Counted from the stretch's first letter, positions 31,584-49,190 are shown. The stretch: 64,000 nucleotides of DNA from Octopus sinensis (GCF_006345805.1 NC_043002.1:75888001-75952000), one strand, 5' to 3'. The notes: generated from the letters alone by a model not told the origin. Numbers and translations are program-made.

Positions 31584-31918
31584 CGTGTATTTGCCATTTT
31601 ATTTTATTTTCAAACTGAGGCTAAAATTGAATATTAATTAGCAAAAAAAAAAAGGTATACTTTACAGTTCAAATTATCGAAAAGCTATGTGTAATGTATT
31701 GTGAATTAATTAAACAATTTATAATCATTTTATGTACGGGTCTTCAAATAAATAATCTAGAAAAAGCAATGAGTCAGAGAGGGAGAGATAGAAGGAGAGA
31801 GAGAGAGAGGGAGAGGGACAGAGAGAAATTTGGAGAGAGAAAGTGAGGGAGGATAAAGAAAGTATGATTGAGGTGTTGACTGTGCTGTGTAAGAGCGAAG
31901 CGGAGAGAACGAGGGAGC

Positions 31919-31955
<37 letters not shown>

Positions 31956-31999
31956 GAGTGAAGAAGGGTGAAAAACTGTTAATAAACAAATCAATCAAT

Positions 32000-32040
32000 G
32001 TAAATAATAATAATGATGATGATGATGATAATAACAACAA

Positions 32041-32072
<32 letters not shown>

Positions 32073-32393
32073 ATGATAATAATAATAATAATAAATCAAT
32101 AATAACATTTTTTCATAAGAATCGCCCGGTCACCGCCATCACCACCACCACACCACCACCACCACCAATCCACCACGACCACCACGACCACCACCACCAC
32201 AACGACCACGACCACCACCACCATCGCCACCAATAATACTAATAATAACCGTCACTGGAAAATTCTGAAATAATTTGATTTGGGATTTATGGTCTACTTT
32301 TTTTTTTTTTTTTTACTTTTCAATATAAAATTTCATGTTGTACTTCGTTATACAACTAATTCTCTTTTATTTATTTCATGCCTGCTAATGTCG

Positions 32394-32427
<34 letters not shown>

Positions 32428-32431
32428 GGAA

Positions 32432-32464
<33 letters not shown>

Positions 32465-32625
32465 CATTACGACGGTGATGCTGATGCTGGGGATGTTAGT
32501 TAGTGGTGGTGGTGATGGTGGAGATTTTGATGATGGCGGTGGTTAAGGTGTTGATTGTTGCCATTGCTGTTCGTTATTGATGTTGTTGTTATTATTATTA
32601 CTACTACTATTACTACCACCTTTAT

Positions 32626-32670
<45 letters not shown>

Positions 32671-32880
32671 TGGTGTTATTAATGCTACTGGTGGTGGATA
32701 AAGATGTTGGCATTTAAGTGGGCTGCAGTTGTTAAATTTATTTGAATAACGAAGTCGACGTTGATGCTTGCCATAACGATGACTATTAAGATGGTTATGA
32801 TGATGCTTAATTATACTGCTGCTGCTGATGATGATGAGGATAGTGATGATGAGGAGGAGAACGACAACGACGACGACGAC

Positions 32881-32924
<44 letters not shown>

Positions 32925-33092
32925 CGATGATGGTGAAAATGATGATGGTAAGGCTAACGATGATGATGAGGAGGAAGAGGATAATGATGATGATGATGAT
33001 TAACGTCTGTGCTAATGAGGGTAACGAGGATAATGATGATGGTGATGATGTTTAATGGTGATGTTTAATGAGCATATTTGATGATAATGATT

Positions 33093-33132
<40 letters not shown>

Positions 33133-33211
33133 CGATGACGATGATGATGATGATTATAACGATGATGATGACGACGGTGTTTATAATGATTATAATGATG
33201 ACGACGACGGC

Positions 33212-33263
<52 letters not shown>

Positions 33264-33316
33264 ATACTGATTATACTGATTATAATGATGTTGATGACGA
33301 TGATGATGATGATAAC

Positions 33317-33347
<31 letters not shown>

Positions 33348-33485
33348 CTGATATTGACGAACACGGTCATGATCATAACCGCCATGACTACCACGACTCC
33401 CACGACTATCACGACGACAACAACAACAACAACAACAACAACGCCGACAACGACAACGACAACGACGACGACGACGACGACGGCG
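32000..33485. repeat. Compound trinucleotide microsatellites (ACC/GAT/GAC/TTG)
   Basis: Seen directly. Confidence 0.95.
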
Positions 33486-33986
33486 ATGTTTTTTCAAATT
33501 TCAATTCATGCTGTTAATTGGATCTAATTTCGTATTTACTGATAAACTAATTAGATTTGTCACTTAAGATATCACCCCCCTCTGACACTGACATTTAATC
33601 TCAGTGAAGCAAAATTTCTATGGATTCACCTGTTTGTAGCACTTTCCCCGTGAATTACTAAACAGTTTTCCACTGATAAACTATACTTAGTTGTTGCTGT
33701 TATTACTGTTGTTGATGTGATGGTTGTGGTGGCAGTAGTAGTGTTTGGTTTATTTATTGAAATGCTTATTTTTGTTATTTTATCATTTTATCATTATATT
33801 TCTTTTTACGTAATTTTGTGTTTGTTTTAGGTATTTTTTTGTTTTGGCTTCATTTTTGTTTTTTTTTAAAGACTGTTTGCATGTTAGTTTATTAATTCAC
33901 TTAACGTTTGTATGTTTACACTCATACACAGCCATACGCATACAAAAAACACACACACATACACACATATGCATATATATAAATAA

Positions 33987-34024
<38 letters not shown>

Positions 34025-34272
34025 GTAAGCATATATGAATATATGTATATGCGTACGTATGTATGTATGTATATATATGTGTGTGTGTGTGTGTGCGTGA
34101 GCAAGCATACACATGTACATATGAATGTATATACTTGGTTATATCTATTTGCTGTAAAGCGATTTAATTAAATAATGTTTGCACGTGTATATATATATAT
34201 GTATATAAAAAAAGTATGTATGTACATATATATATATATGTATAAGTATATGTATAGATATACACACACATG

Positions 34273-34340
<68 letters not shown>

Positions 34341-34368
34341 TACATATGTACATACATACATATGTATG

Positions 34369-34399
<31 letters not shown>

Positions 34400-34475
34400 G
34401 CCTACTTGGATAATTATTTACTCTGTTTATTCTGTTTATTCATCGGATTTATAATTTGTAGTCATTAATATCGTA

Positions 34476-34585
<110 letters not shown>

Positions 34586-34655
34586 TAACGATAATCATAA
34601 TTATAATAATAATAATGATGATAAAAATAACAATAATAACAATAAAAATAATGAA

Positions 34656-34697
<42 letters not shown>

Positions 34698-36506
34698 AAT
34701 AATAATAATAATAATAATTCGAGAAGCAAAATAAAAAGAAAACAAAAAAAAAAGACGAATGGGAGCTAAATCTGAAATACACTTTGATAAACAAAATATA
34801 CATAAAACAGCTCAATATGAAAAAAAAAGCAAAAACACCTCTCCAGTTTACTCAAGGGTAAAAGTGGAGAACGCGATGAAGTTAATGCCAGCGTTCAGAT
34901 ATTTTATATTGGAGATTTAACAAATAATGTCGACATTTTCCTCGTTAAATTTTCAACTTCATTGATTAAAAAAAGTTAACATAATATATACGTCGTATGG
35001 AAAGAGAGTAGTGGAGTTTGGTGGTATTTTGATTGCTTTTGTTGTTGTTGATGATGGGATTATTGTTGTTAATTTTGTTGTTGTTGTTGGTGTTGTTTAG
35101 CCAGCAGATTAGCCCCTTGATCGCGCAGACCAATAATCAAAGACATTCCAGCCCTGACTGCAACTATGTATGTTTGCTTTCTGTCATGCAATGTTTTTCT
35201 CTGGACTATATTTAGTATGTCCTTTAATGAGCTATAAAAATGAAAATACGTACAGGCTTAGGGTTAGATTTGGAAGACATCTCACTGGTGTTTCTAACAG
35301 TTAGAGTGAACAAGTATAAACCCTCTCCTTTCCTGACTCGCTACATTTTTATTTTATATATAGATTATTGTGCGAGAAAATAAATTCAAAGCTGAGTGTG
35401 AACAATGAATCAACCAGTATTAAAACGAAACAATCGTCGCGTGATTGCAGCTGCCTCCTGTGTGGCAAGTTGGTTGCTTGGATGACAAGCGAAAGCAAAA
35501 CGCCCGCACTAATGTGGACTAGGAGAAGAAATTGAACACTTCCTTCTTGTAGCCTCAATACTGTTAGGTGTCGTTAGAGGGTACGATACGGGTGAAAGGC
35601 GCAAAATATATTAAGCTCCTCCTCATAGTTTTATTGTATTTTGATTCCATATATAACTATATGTAAATGAAAAATCAAGGCCGAGAGTGAACAATATATC
35701 AACCGGCAATAAAAGAAAATCATTGGGTGATCGGTGATATCCATTGTTTGGGAAATAGAAAATAAAACGCTCGCTCTGATGTGATCCAGAAGAATTTGAA
35801 CATTCCCTTCTTATATCATCAATAGTGCTCGGCATCGCTGAAGGAAGCGATACGGGTGAAAGTTTCAAAATTTGCTTTGACTAGTTGATAACTGATTAAG
35901 ACAACGGTCAACAATATAATAGTTAACAGTACAAATTGTGTGTGAAATTTATGTAATTCTATATGTGCAGATGAAAACCAAAAGCTACGGACGGCTACCG
36001 CCGTGCGGACAACGTCAGCCAGTCGGCCATTTTCCACGTCGGTTTCGATTTTTCGTTGAAGCCGTTCCATCACATAAACAATCTATAACTATTAGTGAGA
36101 GAGATTATCGATTATATGTCATGGATTTACAGCAAGGCCCTTATGTCTAAACACAAAATCGGTTCAATGTCTGTATATAAAATATCTGATTCCTGTCTTA
36201 TTTAGTTATGTAGCTTCGTGATGTATGTGTTTCGTTGGTCTTCTGAACAAAATTAAACATATTATCATATCCTAGAAATATTTATTATTCAATGGATGAC
36301 AAAAGCGATAGAATGATGGATAAAATACAATGTGATATTTACTTACAACCCTTTACCTTCCAAATTTAATCTCCCTGACATCGTTTTTGCTCTTCATTCT
36401 TCTGGTGTTGATAAAATAAATATCAGTCAAATAAGATCAATAAATCGACTTTATCGCTGACAGTTGAATAGCCTGTGCCAATGCTAAATATGAATGCTAA
36501 AGATCA

Positions 36507-36543
<37 letters not shown>

Positions 36544-36571
36544 TTCCTCCTCCTCATCATCATCATCATCA

Positions 36572-37820
36572 TTTGTTCTCATCTCTCGGTCTTAGGTGTT
36601 ATGCTGGTTCATTCTGTTGGATAGCAAGTCCCATCGTATCAAGCATCTTTCTTAAGAATCTTGCTGTCCCTAATAAACAGGCTTTCTGCATAACACAGAA
36701 GTTCGTGTCAATGAAATTGTTCCTCTAACTTTTCGAAATTTTAGCTACGATACCCAACGCGCCGATGACAAGTGGCATTATCTTTACACTCTTACAGTCC
36801 CCATAGCAGTCCAGTCTCATATTGTACTTATCAAGCCTTTCTTGTTCTTCCTCATTTACTTTGGTATCAAAGGGGCGTACTATAGCCGCATTCATGCATT
36901 CACGAGATGTTTTGTGAAAGATAACGGTGTCGGGCCAAGCATGTTCCATGACCTTACCTGTCTGCAGTTTACCATCCCACAGGATCTTTGTATTTTTATT
37001 TTCCAGCACTTTCTCCCCCTTGTGGTCGAACCGGTTTTCGGTCGAAGGAAATTCGTACTTCTTAGAGATTTCCCAATGCACGACATTGGCCACCCTATCA
37101 TGTCTCCCAGTTCTTATATACCTACACTTCTTGTCAATGACTTTCCTGATGGTTCTTCATTTGCATTGCTTGCTCCTATGCAACCATAACAATTCCTTTG
37201 GTCTCTTTCTTCAGGTCACATTTCTTGAGCCAGTACCAGCTCTTATCTCGTCGAACCTCGTCTGTAGCTACAAAGAATTTGCCATGCAAATGTTTGTTGC
37301 GATAGGATCCTTCCCTTTCATGTTGCATGTCTTTCTTCTACCAATCATCAAGGATATTTTCCTTTCATACCAACTAAATTAACTTTACCTTGTTTACGTG
37401 GATATACTTTTTGAGACAGGTAACCCCCATATTTACTCAATCCTCAACATTTATCAACTTTCGTCTCCTTTGCTCCCCTTCACGCATAGCTAATCAACAT
37501 TTCTTTGGGGATGGATTGCCCTATATTTCGTTTCTGTCCAAGATCTTTAGGTCTTCCTTCCTCCATTTGACTCTACTATCTCCATACCTTATTATGCTTA
37601 CGGCCCATGGGTTATAATGGTGGAGAGAGTATTTACACCATTCAGTTTCGATTTCTCATCCAACTCAAGCACTCCCGACCTAACTTTGCTTTCATCTTGC
37701 TGGCTTTGATACTGTCTGCTTCGTGTATACCAAGAGAAATATATCCTTCACTTTTCTCAATCTCCTTAATTTCCTTGTCTGTTGGTAATTTTATTCCGCC
37801 TCTATTTTCACACCTTCGTT
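36572..37820 (-). mobile_element. R4/Dong-like retrotransposon 3' fragment (RT thumb region plus RLE)
   Basis: SKLNGVN...PWAVSIIRY, SWYWLKKCDLKKETKG, RHDRVANVVHWEI...ILWD...PLVIGALG. Flanked on both sides by (CAT)n. Confidence 0.85.
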
Positions 37821-37889
37821 ACCATCATCATCATCATGATCATCGCCATTCTCATCATCATCATCATCATCATCGCCATCATCATCGCT

Positions 37890-37927
<38 letters not shown>

Positions 37928-38115
37928 TATTACTATTATTATTATTATTATTATTACTATTACTATTGTTATTATTATTACTATTGTTATTATTATTGTT
38001 ATTGTTATTGTTATTGTTATTGTTGTTCTTATTGTTATTGTTATTCTTATTGTTGTTATTGTTATTGTTGTTATTCTTATTGTTACTGTTGTTGTTAATG
38101 TTATTGTTGTTGTCG

Positions 38116-38159
<44 letters not shown>

Positions 38160-38162
<3 letters not shown>

Positions 38163-39087
38163 TAGTTTTATTTTTATAGCGTGCTTTCACTTCACTACTG
38201 AGCGCAGCTCTGTGTGCCTTAGGTATGTGCTGTGATTTGTTGTGATGCTCTGATGGTTACTGTATTGAAAGTGTTCTGCGTAGGATGTGTGCAGTGCCTA
38301 GTAGTGTAATTTTCTGTATGTTATATGTGTTTGTAAGTCCTGGTGCTTTTGTTATGTATTTGTCTGAATATTTTTTATCATGCCTAATGTACCTACTATG
38401 ATAGGAATTGTTTCAGTTTTTAGATTCCACATTCTAGTTACCTCTATTTCCAGGTCTTTGTATAATTTTGAAAGTTTATCCATTTCTTTTAGATACATGT
38501 TGTCATCTGCTGGTATTGATGCACCAATTAGAAAGCATTTTTTTTTCATGATCTCTGACAACTATATCTGGTCTGTTGGCCTTAATTTCTCTATCTGTAT
38601 GTATTGGCATATCCCACAGTATGGTTGCCTTCTCGTTTTCTGTGACCTTTCCTGGTGTGTGCCTATACCATCTTTTTTTCTGTTGTTATTCCATAATGTT
38701 GGCATAGCTTCCAGTGTATGTAGGTCCCAACTCTGTCGTATCTGTGAATATATTCCTTCTGAGCAGCCAGAGATAATATGATTTATTGTTTCTTGTCCAT
38801 CTCCACATATTCTGCAGTTACTTGTTATATTTCATTTCATTACATGTTTTTGGTAATTCCTGGTGGGGAGGCTTTGGTCTTGTGCTGCAATTAAAAATCC
38901 CCCTGTCTCTGCTTTTGAGTCCTGAGCTTCTCAATCACTGCTGGGATTTTTCTTTGTCTATTTCTTTTGCATTTAGTTTAGTCTAGTATTTGCCATGAAG
39001 AGGCTTTTCTTGCCATCGTTTTATCATGGTCCGTTGCTGTTCTAGTTTTAGTTTTGATTTCATTTGCTTTATAGCTTTTGTTGTGTT
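38160..39087 (-). mobile_element. R4/Dong-like retrotransposon 3' fragment with CCHC knuckle and RLE
   Basis: EKPLHGKY...LIAAQDQSL...CRICGDGQETINHIISGC (38763-38816)...YKDLEIEVTRMW...IIVGTLG...QKITLLGTAHILRRTL, stop at 38257, then an (AAT)n tail. Confidence 0.9.
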
Positions 39088-39202
39088 TTCTTCTTCTTCT
39101 TCTTCTTCTTCTTCTTCTTCTTCTTCTTCTTCTTCTTCTTCTTCTTCTTCTTCTTCTTCTTCTTCTTCTTCTTCTTCTTCATATTTGTTGAAGAAGAAGA
39201 AA

Positions 39203-39238
<36 letters not shown>

Positions 39239-39321
39239 TATTATTATTATTATTATTAATATTATTACTATTATTATTATTATTATCATTATTATCATTA
39301 TTATAATCATTATTATTATTA

Positions 39322-39372
<51 letters not shown>

Positions 39373-39389
39373 TATTATTATTGTTATTA

Positions 39390-39419
<30 letters not shown>

Positions 39420-39420
<1 letters not shown>

Positions 39421-39720
39421 TCTCTTCATCACAGATTTTGTTGGAGCTCCTGGAGTCGTACGTGCGTAGCGGGCTTACTACCTGCTACCTATGCTACCAT
39501 GCTATCTATTCTTTTCAGCTATCTAATACTCTCCTGATTGTTCTGGCCGTGCCAAAGATGCAAACCTTTTGTAACAGTTCTACTGGGCACTCTATTCCAA
39601 TTTCTTTTATATTCCCTTTGATGTCTTTAAACTTTAAACCCCAAAATAAGATAATTTTTACTGACTTTTCCCTTGACTTAGGTAGTATTTTTTCTGCTAT
39701 CCTCATCATGAGCACCTTTA
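39420..39720 (-). mobile_element. R4/Dong-like retrotransposon extreme 3' fragment
   Basis: EIGIECPVELLQKVCIFGTARTIRRVLDS* followed by a short UTR and (AAT)n. Confidence 0.7.
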
Positions 39721-39789
39721 GTATTGTTGCTGTTTTTGTTAGTGGTAGTGGTCGGAGTAGTAGAAATAGTACCTCTAAATATAAGTAGT

Positions 39790-40235
39790 AATGTTTATTT
39801 AGCTTGGGTTGGAATTTATTAATAAAGTTCTTTTCTCTGATTTTCCTCTCAGTTTCACTTGGACTGTGTAGTTTGTAGGATGGAAATATAAATATTTTCC
39901 GACCGCATGTTGCTAGCTGGTTACTCAAAGGTATCTGACCGACATCTGGTTCTCTAATTTGCTGTCAGTGCACACATGAACGTTCTGATAGTACATTTCC
40001 AGTCTGACCTAACTATAGTCCTTCACAATTCGGGCATTTGATGCAGTAAATAAAATTTCAGATTTTGTAGTTCGTATTTGCGCTTGTGAATATTTTCCCG
40101 GTTTTTGTGTTCATATATTGGCTGCTATGTATGAATTCGCATGTGCCACCACGGCTATCATTGCATTTAGATACAGTGAATGATTGGTCTTTGTTGCTAA
40201 GGCCAAACTTTGCCTTTATTAATGATTTTATATAT
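39790..40235 (-). mobile_element. Penelope-like element GIY-YIG endonuclease relic
   Basis: Manual minus-strand translation with stops: KCNDSRGGTCEFI...NFIYCIKCPNCEGL*LGQTGNVLSERSCVH*QQIREP...FPSYKL...REKNFINKFQPKLN, which fits the Penelope GIY-YIG layout. Confidence 0.8.
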
Positions 40236-40283
40236 ATGTATATTTCCTCTGTCTCCCCTTCTCTGGATCTTTCCTTCTCCTAT

Positions 40284-40319
40284 GTTTCCGATGATAGAGC
40301 TCCGCTCGAAACGTTAAAC
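40284..40319 (+). ncRNA. Minimal hammerhead-like motif with variant core CCGAUGA in a Penelope pLTR-like segment
   Basis: guuu-CCGAUGA-ua-GAGC(ucc)GCUC-GAAAC-GUU-aaac. Stem III is the palindrome AACGUU. It adjoins a GIY-YIG relic, and the segment ends ...GGATTAAC-(TA)n. Confidence 0.6.
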
Positions 40320-40418
40320 CCTCCTTCTTCCCTTCTTTCCTGAGCGTCCAATAATACTTTATTTGTTCCACGTGTCCTCGCGTTGTTGTGTTTTTTTTTT
40401 GTGTTTTCTTGTTTGGAT

Positions 40419-40462
<44 letters not shown>

Positions 40463-40954
40463 TAAAATTATAAAATTATAAAATTTATAAAATTTATAAA
40501 TTTTATAAATTTGATGCGGCATACGTTTCCAATGGAGTCTAGGCATGATTTTGGCGCGGAATTTGAGACATAACTAAAAATGTAATTGGTTGGACCGCTC
40601 GTGTTTTTGACGCTCGAATCGATCTAATTAATTGCATTTCTGACAACCTCTACCGAAGATTTATAGATGTAAGTGTAAGTAAAACTACATATTACATTAG
40701 TAATGAAACAATTGTATAGAGTCAATCTATTTTATTCGTTGTATTTCACTTTCCTTCCGTTAAATGTATGTTGATTCTAGTTGGAAACAGATCTTCTGTG
40801 GCTGCTTCGGAGCTATTTTTAGCACTAGAGTTATCCACATAGTGGATAACTCTCTAATAATTAATATATATATATATAATATATATATATATATGCATAT
40901 ATATATATACACACACATATATATACAAATATGTATATATATAACACATATATT

Positions 40955-40996
<42 letters not shown>

Positions 40997-41176
40997 CGCA
41001 TACTTACACACACACACACACATATATGTAATTTTTGAAACTGATGGCTATTTGTCAATTAGTGTGTTGAGTAAAGCACCTTCACACGTTTGTGTTACAT
41101 TTCGACGTTTGTGTTACATTTCCTCTGGATCTACGTCAGGAATTCCCCGATGTTAGTTGAGATTATAATAACTGTG

Positions 41177-41508
41177 GAAGGAAACGGAAGATAGATTTAT
41201 CATAAGTCTTTATTCAGTACGACGATCGTTTCGACCCATCCTGCAACTGTACGCTATGGTTAGGATGTTGTGCATCTAATTGTCTTGCAACAATCTGAGC
41301 AGTTTGTATCACATCAGATACATGTATAAAGAAGGGGATTTCCGCTTTATGCATGTACCTGATTTAACACAAACAGCATGCAAAGACTGATGCAAAACAA
41401 AAGATATCTTGACAATGATGAAATATCCTACCCGTAACGGACAATTGTAGGATGGGTCGAAACAATTGGCGTACTGAATAAAGACTAAATCTATCTTCCT
41501 TTTCCTTC
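41177..41508. repeat. Diverged inverted repeat carrying hammerhead 3' halves
   Basis: Arms ~41177-41276 and ~41417-41508. The minus strand of the left arm reads GGGUC-GAAAC-GAUC-GUC-GUACUG (palindromic ACGAUCGU). Confidence 0.65.
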
Positions 41509-42185
<677 letters not shown>

Positions 42186-42719
42186 GAACTACATACAGAT
42201 GTGTGCATGCGTGTGCGTCTTCGCGCATGATCTTCTCAGTGTTAATGGTTCGCTTATATTCCTCTAAGTTGACGATTCCACAGAACGAATCGATAGAAAC
42301 TACCAGAAGACAAAAACGTACTAGGATCAATTTGCTGGATTAAACTCTTCAAAGCAATGCCCCGGTATGGCTGCAGTCCACTGAATGACAAGTAAAAGAA
42401 TAAAAGAATACATAAAAAAAATATGCCAAAACAAAACACAAAAATACATCTTTTAATACCGATTTTTTTTTTTGAACGTCATGTACAAACATCGCCAAAT
42501 TATTTTTATTTTACTCTAAAGTGTGATGTGACTTAAAATAGGCTGGCAGCCATTCTCTGTATTATTGCTCGAAGCCTGATGTATATGCTTTTTTTTGTTG
42601 TTTGTTTTTTTGTTTTGCTTTTTTTTCTTCTTTTTATTGAGCTCTCTTGTTAATCGCTTTGCTTCAAAAGAAATATTCTCGGAAAAATCTGCAATATATT
42701 TAATACTATAATTACTATA

Positions 42720-46644
<3,925 letters not shown>

Positions 46645-47530
46645 TTCTTGTAGCTTGTATGTATGTCTGTTTGCTTATGAGTATAGGTAATATTGTAATG
46701 AAGACAGAAAATACAGCAAAAGCTTGCCAGGCCAAACGTGTATAATTATGTGTTTGTATTTATACTGAATATCTGTCTCGCGACGAGCTTCATGTCATTG
46801 CGATATTCAGGCGGATTAATGTACATGAATATATAGATAGACGCACACAAGCGCACAAACACACAAACCCGCACACATACATGCCCACATGCACATACGC
46901 AGATAAACACATATATTTATATTCTTGCTCCAACATGGTTGTTGGGGAATTAGTCAACTTCTACACCTGCTTCATTTGTTTCTATTTCTGCTTATTATTT
47001 TTTGCTGTTTATATCTTTACAATTTACCTGATGATGGCGGAGTTTTGTCATGATGTTATCTAACAATGCATGAATAAAATGCTATCGAAACAGCTGTAGT
47101 GTATTTTAAATTCCTCTTCTGTTCTTCTCCCCCACACACATGCACATGCAAACACACACATACCCCCCCTCACACACACATATATATACATGCTTATACA
47201 TAAGCGCGTGTGTGTTTGTATGTATGTATATGCATCTAAGATTGCTGACATATAGACGAGTATAACTATCACTGATTTCAGCAATGTGTGTGCAAGATTT
47301 AAGGTCCACTAAGGTATACAGGGAACTTCATAAACCCTCTCCTCCCTGCTGACATGATCCAGAGGCAAGATATCCAGTGGCAACCAGTTACAGGCACAGG
47401 AACAGGAGCTCTATGATCCCAGGCGCAAGCGAAGTATCCCAAAATATCCAACGCCACCCTTTGCATATCTGGTTTTGTATCATAATTTAAGAAAAGCTGT
47501 TGAGTGCCTCACTTCCATATATATATATAT

Positions 47531-48460
47531 ATTCTCTTTTACTCGTTTCAGCCATGCGGCCGTGTTCATGATGGGGCACCACCATGGTCTTTCTGACTTC
47601 CTCAGTCTCGGTGTTTCACATTACCACTCCTGTATGTGCCTTTGTCCAAGCTGTTGGTTCATCCATTATTGTGAAGAGGAGGATGTCTAGTGCCTTCTGA
47701 AGACATCTACTGCCACCTTATGCAAATTTCTTAATTTTTGTGGCAGGGTATTCAAGAGCTGTTGACCTTTGGCCCTTAGACTATTGCAGTACTTGGCCTT
47801 GAATCTAGATGGAGTGGATGGTACCTTTGGCACAATATAATGTCGGCCAGTTCTGGCATTTGTATAATACCGAATACCTAAGTTAGGTAATAACCCTTCT
47901 AGGATTTTCCACATATATTTTATTGCACATCTCTTCTCACGCCAGGGAGTAAAGCTGTAGTTTTCTCAGCCTATCCCTGTAGCTCATCCGCTGCACTGAT
48001 TCAATCTTTTTTAGTGTAGTGGCGTTGGACTGCTTCAAGCGCCGCAGTTAGTTTGGCACTACGTGGTGACCATAACTGGGAGCAATATTCCAGGCGTCTG
48101 AGAATAAAGGTTCTCCACAGGGTCAACATAATTTGTTGGTCTCTTGTCTTGAAGGACCACAGTATCCATCCTGAAAGTTGTTTGCACTTTGCTGCCATCT
48201 TGTTAATGTGCATATAAAATAATGAGTCATTGCACATACTGATCCCTAGGTCTTTCACTGCCTGTGATTCTGGGATTCTAGTGCATTCTAGTGCATCCCG
48301 TAAATGTAGATTGTACTGTATTCAAGAGTTGATAGTGCAGTTCTTGAAATTTTCCAGTATTAAACTGCATGTTGTTTATTTCGGCCCACTTGTAAATTCA
48401 ATTTAAGCTTGTGACATCATCTTGGTTTTTTATTACCTGTGACAACAAAACATCCAGACA
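47531..48460 (-). mobile_element. CR1-like LINE, 5'-truncated and frameshifted (RT C-terminus plus 3' UTR)
   Basis: IYKWAEINNMQFN...KDLGI...GWILWSFKTRD...LEYCSQLWSP...LEAVQR, then MSYRDRLRKLQLYSL and WKILEGLLPN. Confidence 0.85.
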
Positions 48461-48822
48461 GTTGGATGATACAAAAAGGGACATCAAATAACAATGACGG
48501 GTCATTCGGAGTTTTCTTTCGTCAGTCGAGTTTCTGATTATCTTTGCAGTTTCGGCTGGTTATACTCGAGACTACCTCAATGTGGCCAGCCCCAAGGAAA
48601 ATCTAAGCTAAGAACACTATACCTTAGAAGAAAGCAGCGAATGTATACGAAAAGAAGGCCGGAAAAAACGGAGAAATGGTACTCAAATACAAATGTAAAG
48701 AATAGGACATTAACAACAGGGGAATAAGCACGAATTAAATTAAGCTGGCGTGTGTGGAAGAGCATAAGAGATTACAGGCATGGGAAGGAATATAGATGTT
48801 GCACGGAGGGTAGTCGAACCAT

Positions 48823-48857
<35 letters not shown>

Positions 48858-48928
48858 CATACATACATACATACATACATACATACATACATACATACAT
48901 ACATACATACATACATACTTATTTACAT

Positions 48929-48967
<39 letters not shown>

Positions 48968-49190
48968 CACTTATATAGTCACTGTACGCGTCAGCAAATA
49001 GGCAAACAAGGTTCATTGTGAATTACAGAACAGTCCTTGAAGCAATTTAGTCGTTATATTGGCGCAGTATTCGTTGACACCACCCATATACATTTTCATA
49101 TACATATACACTAGTATGTACTATACACAGACACTCTCTCTCTCCCCCTCTCTTGATCTCTCTCTCTCTCTCACATACACACAAACGCAC

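Noticed and set aside
32761-33527. Poly-D/H/M/I ORFs
   Set aside because: Trinucleotide repeats open in several frames on both strands.
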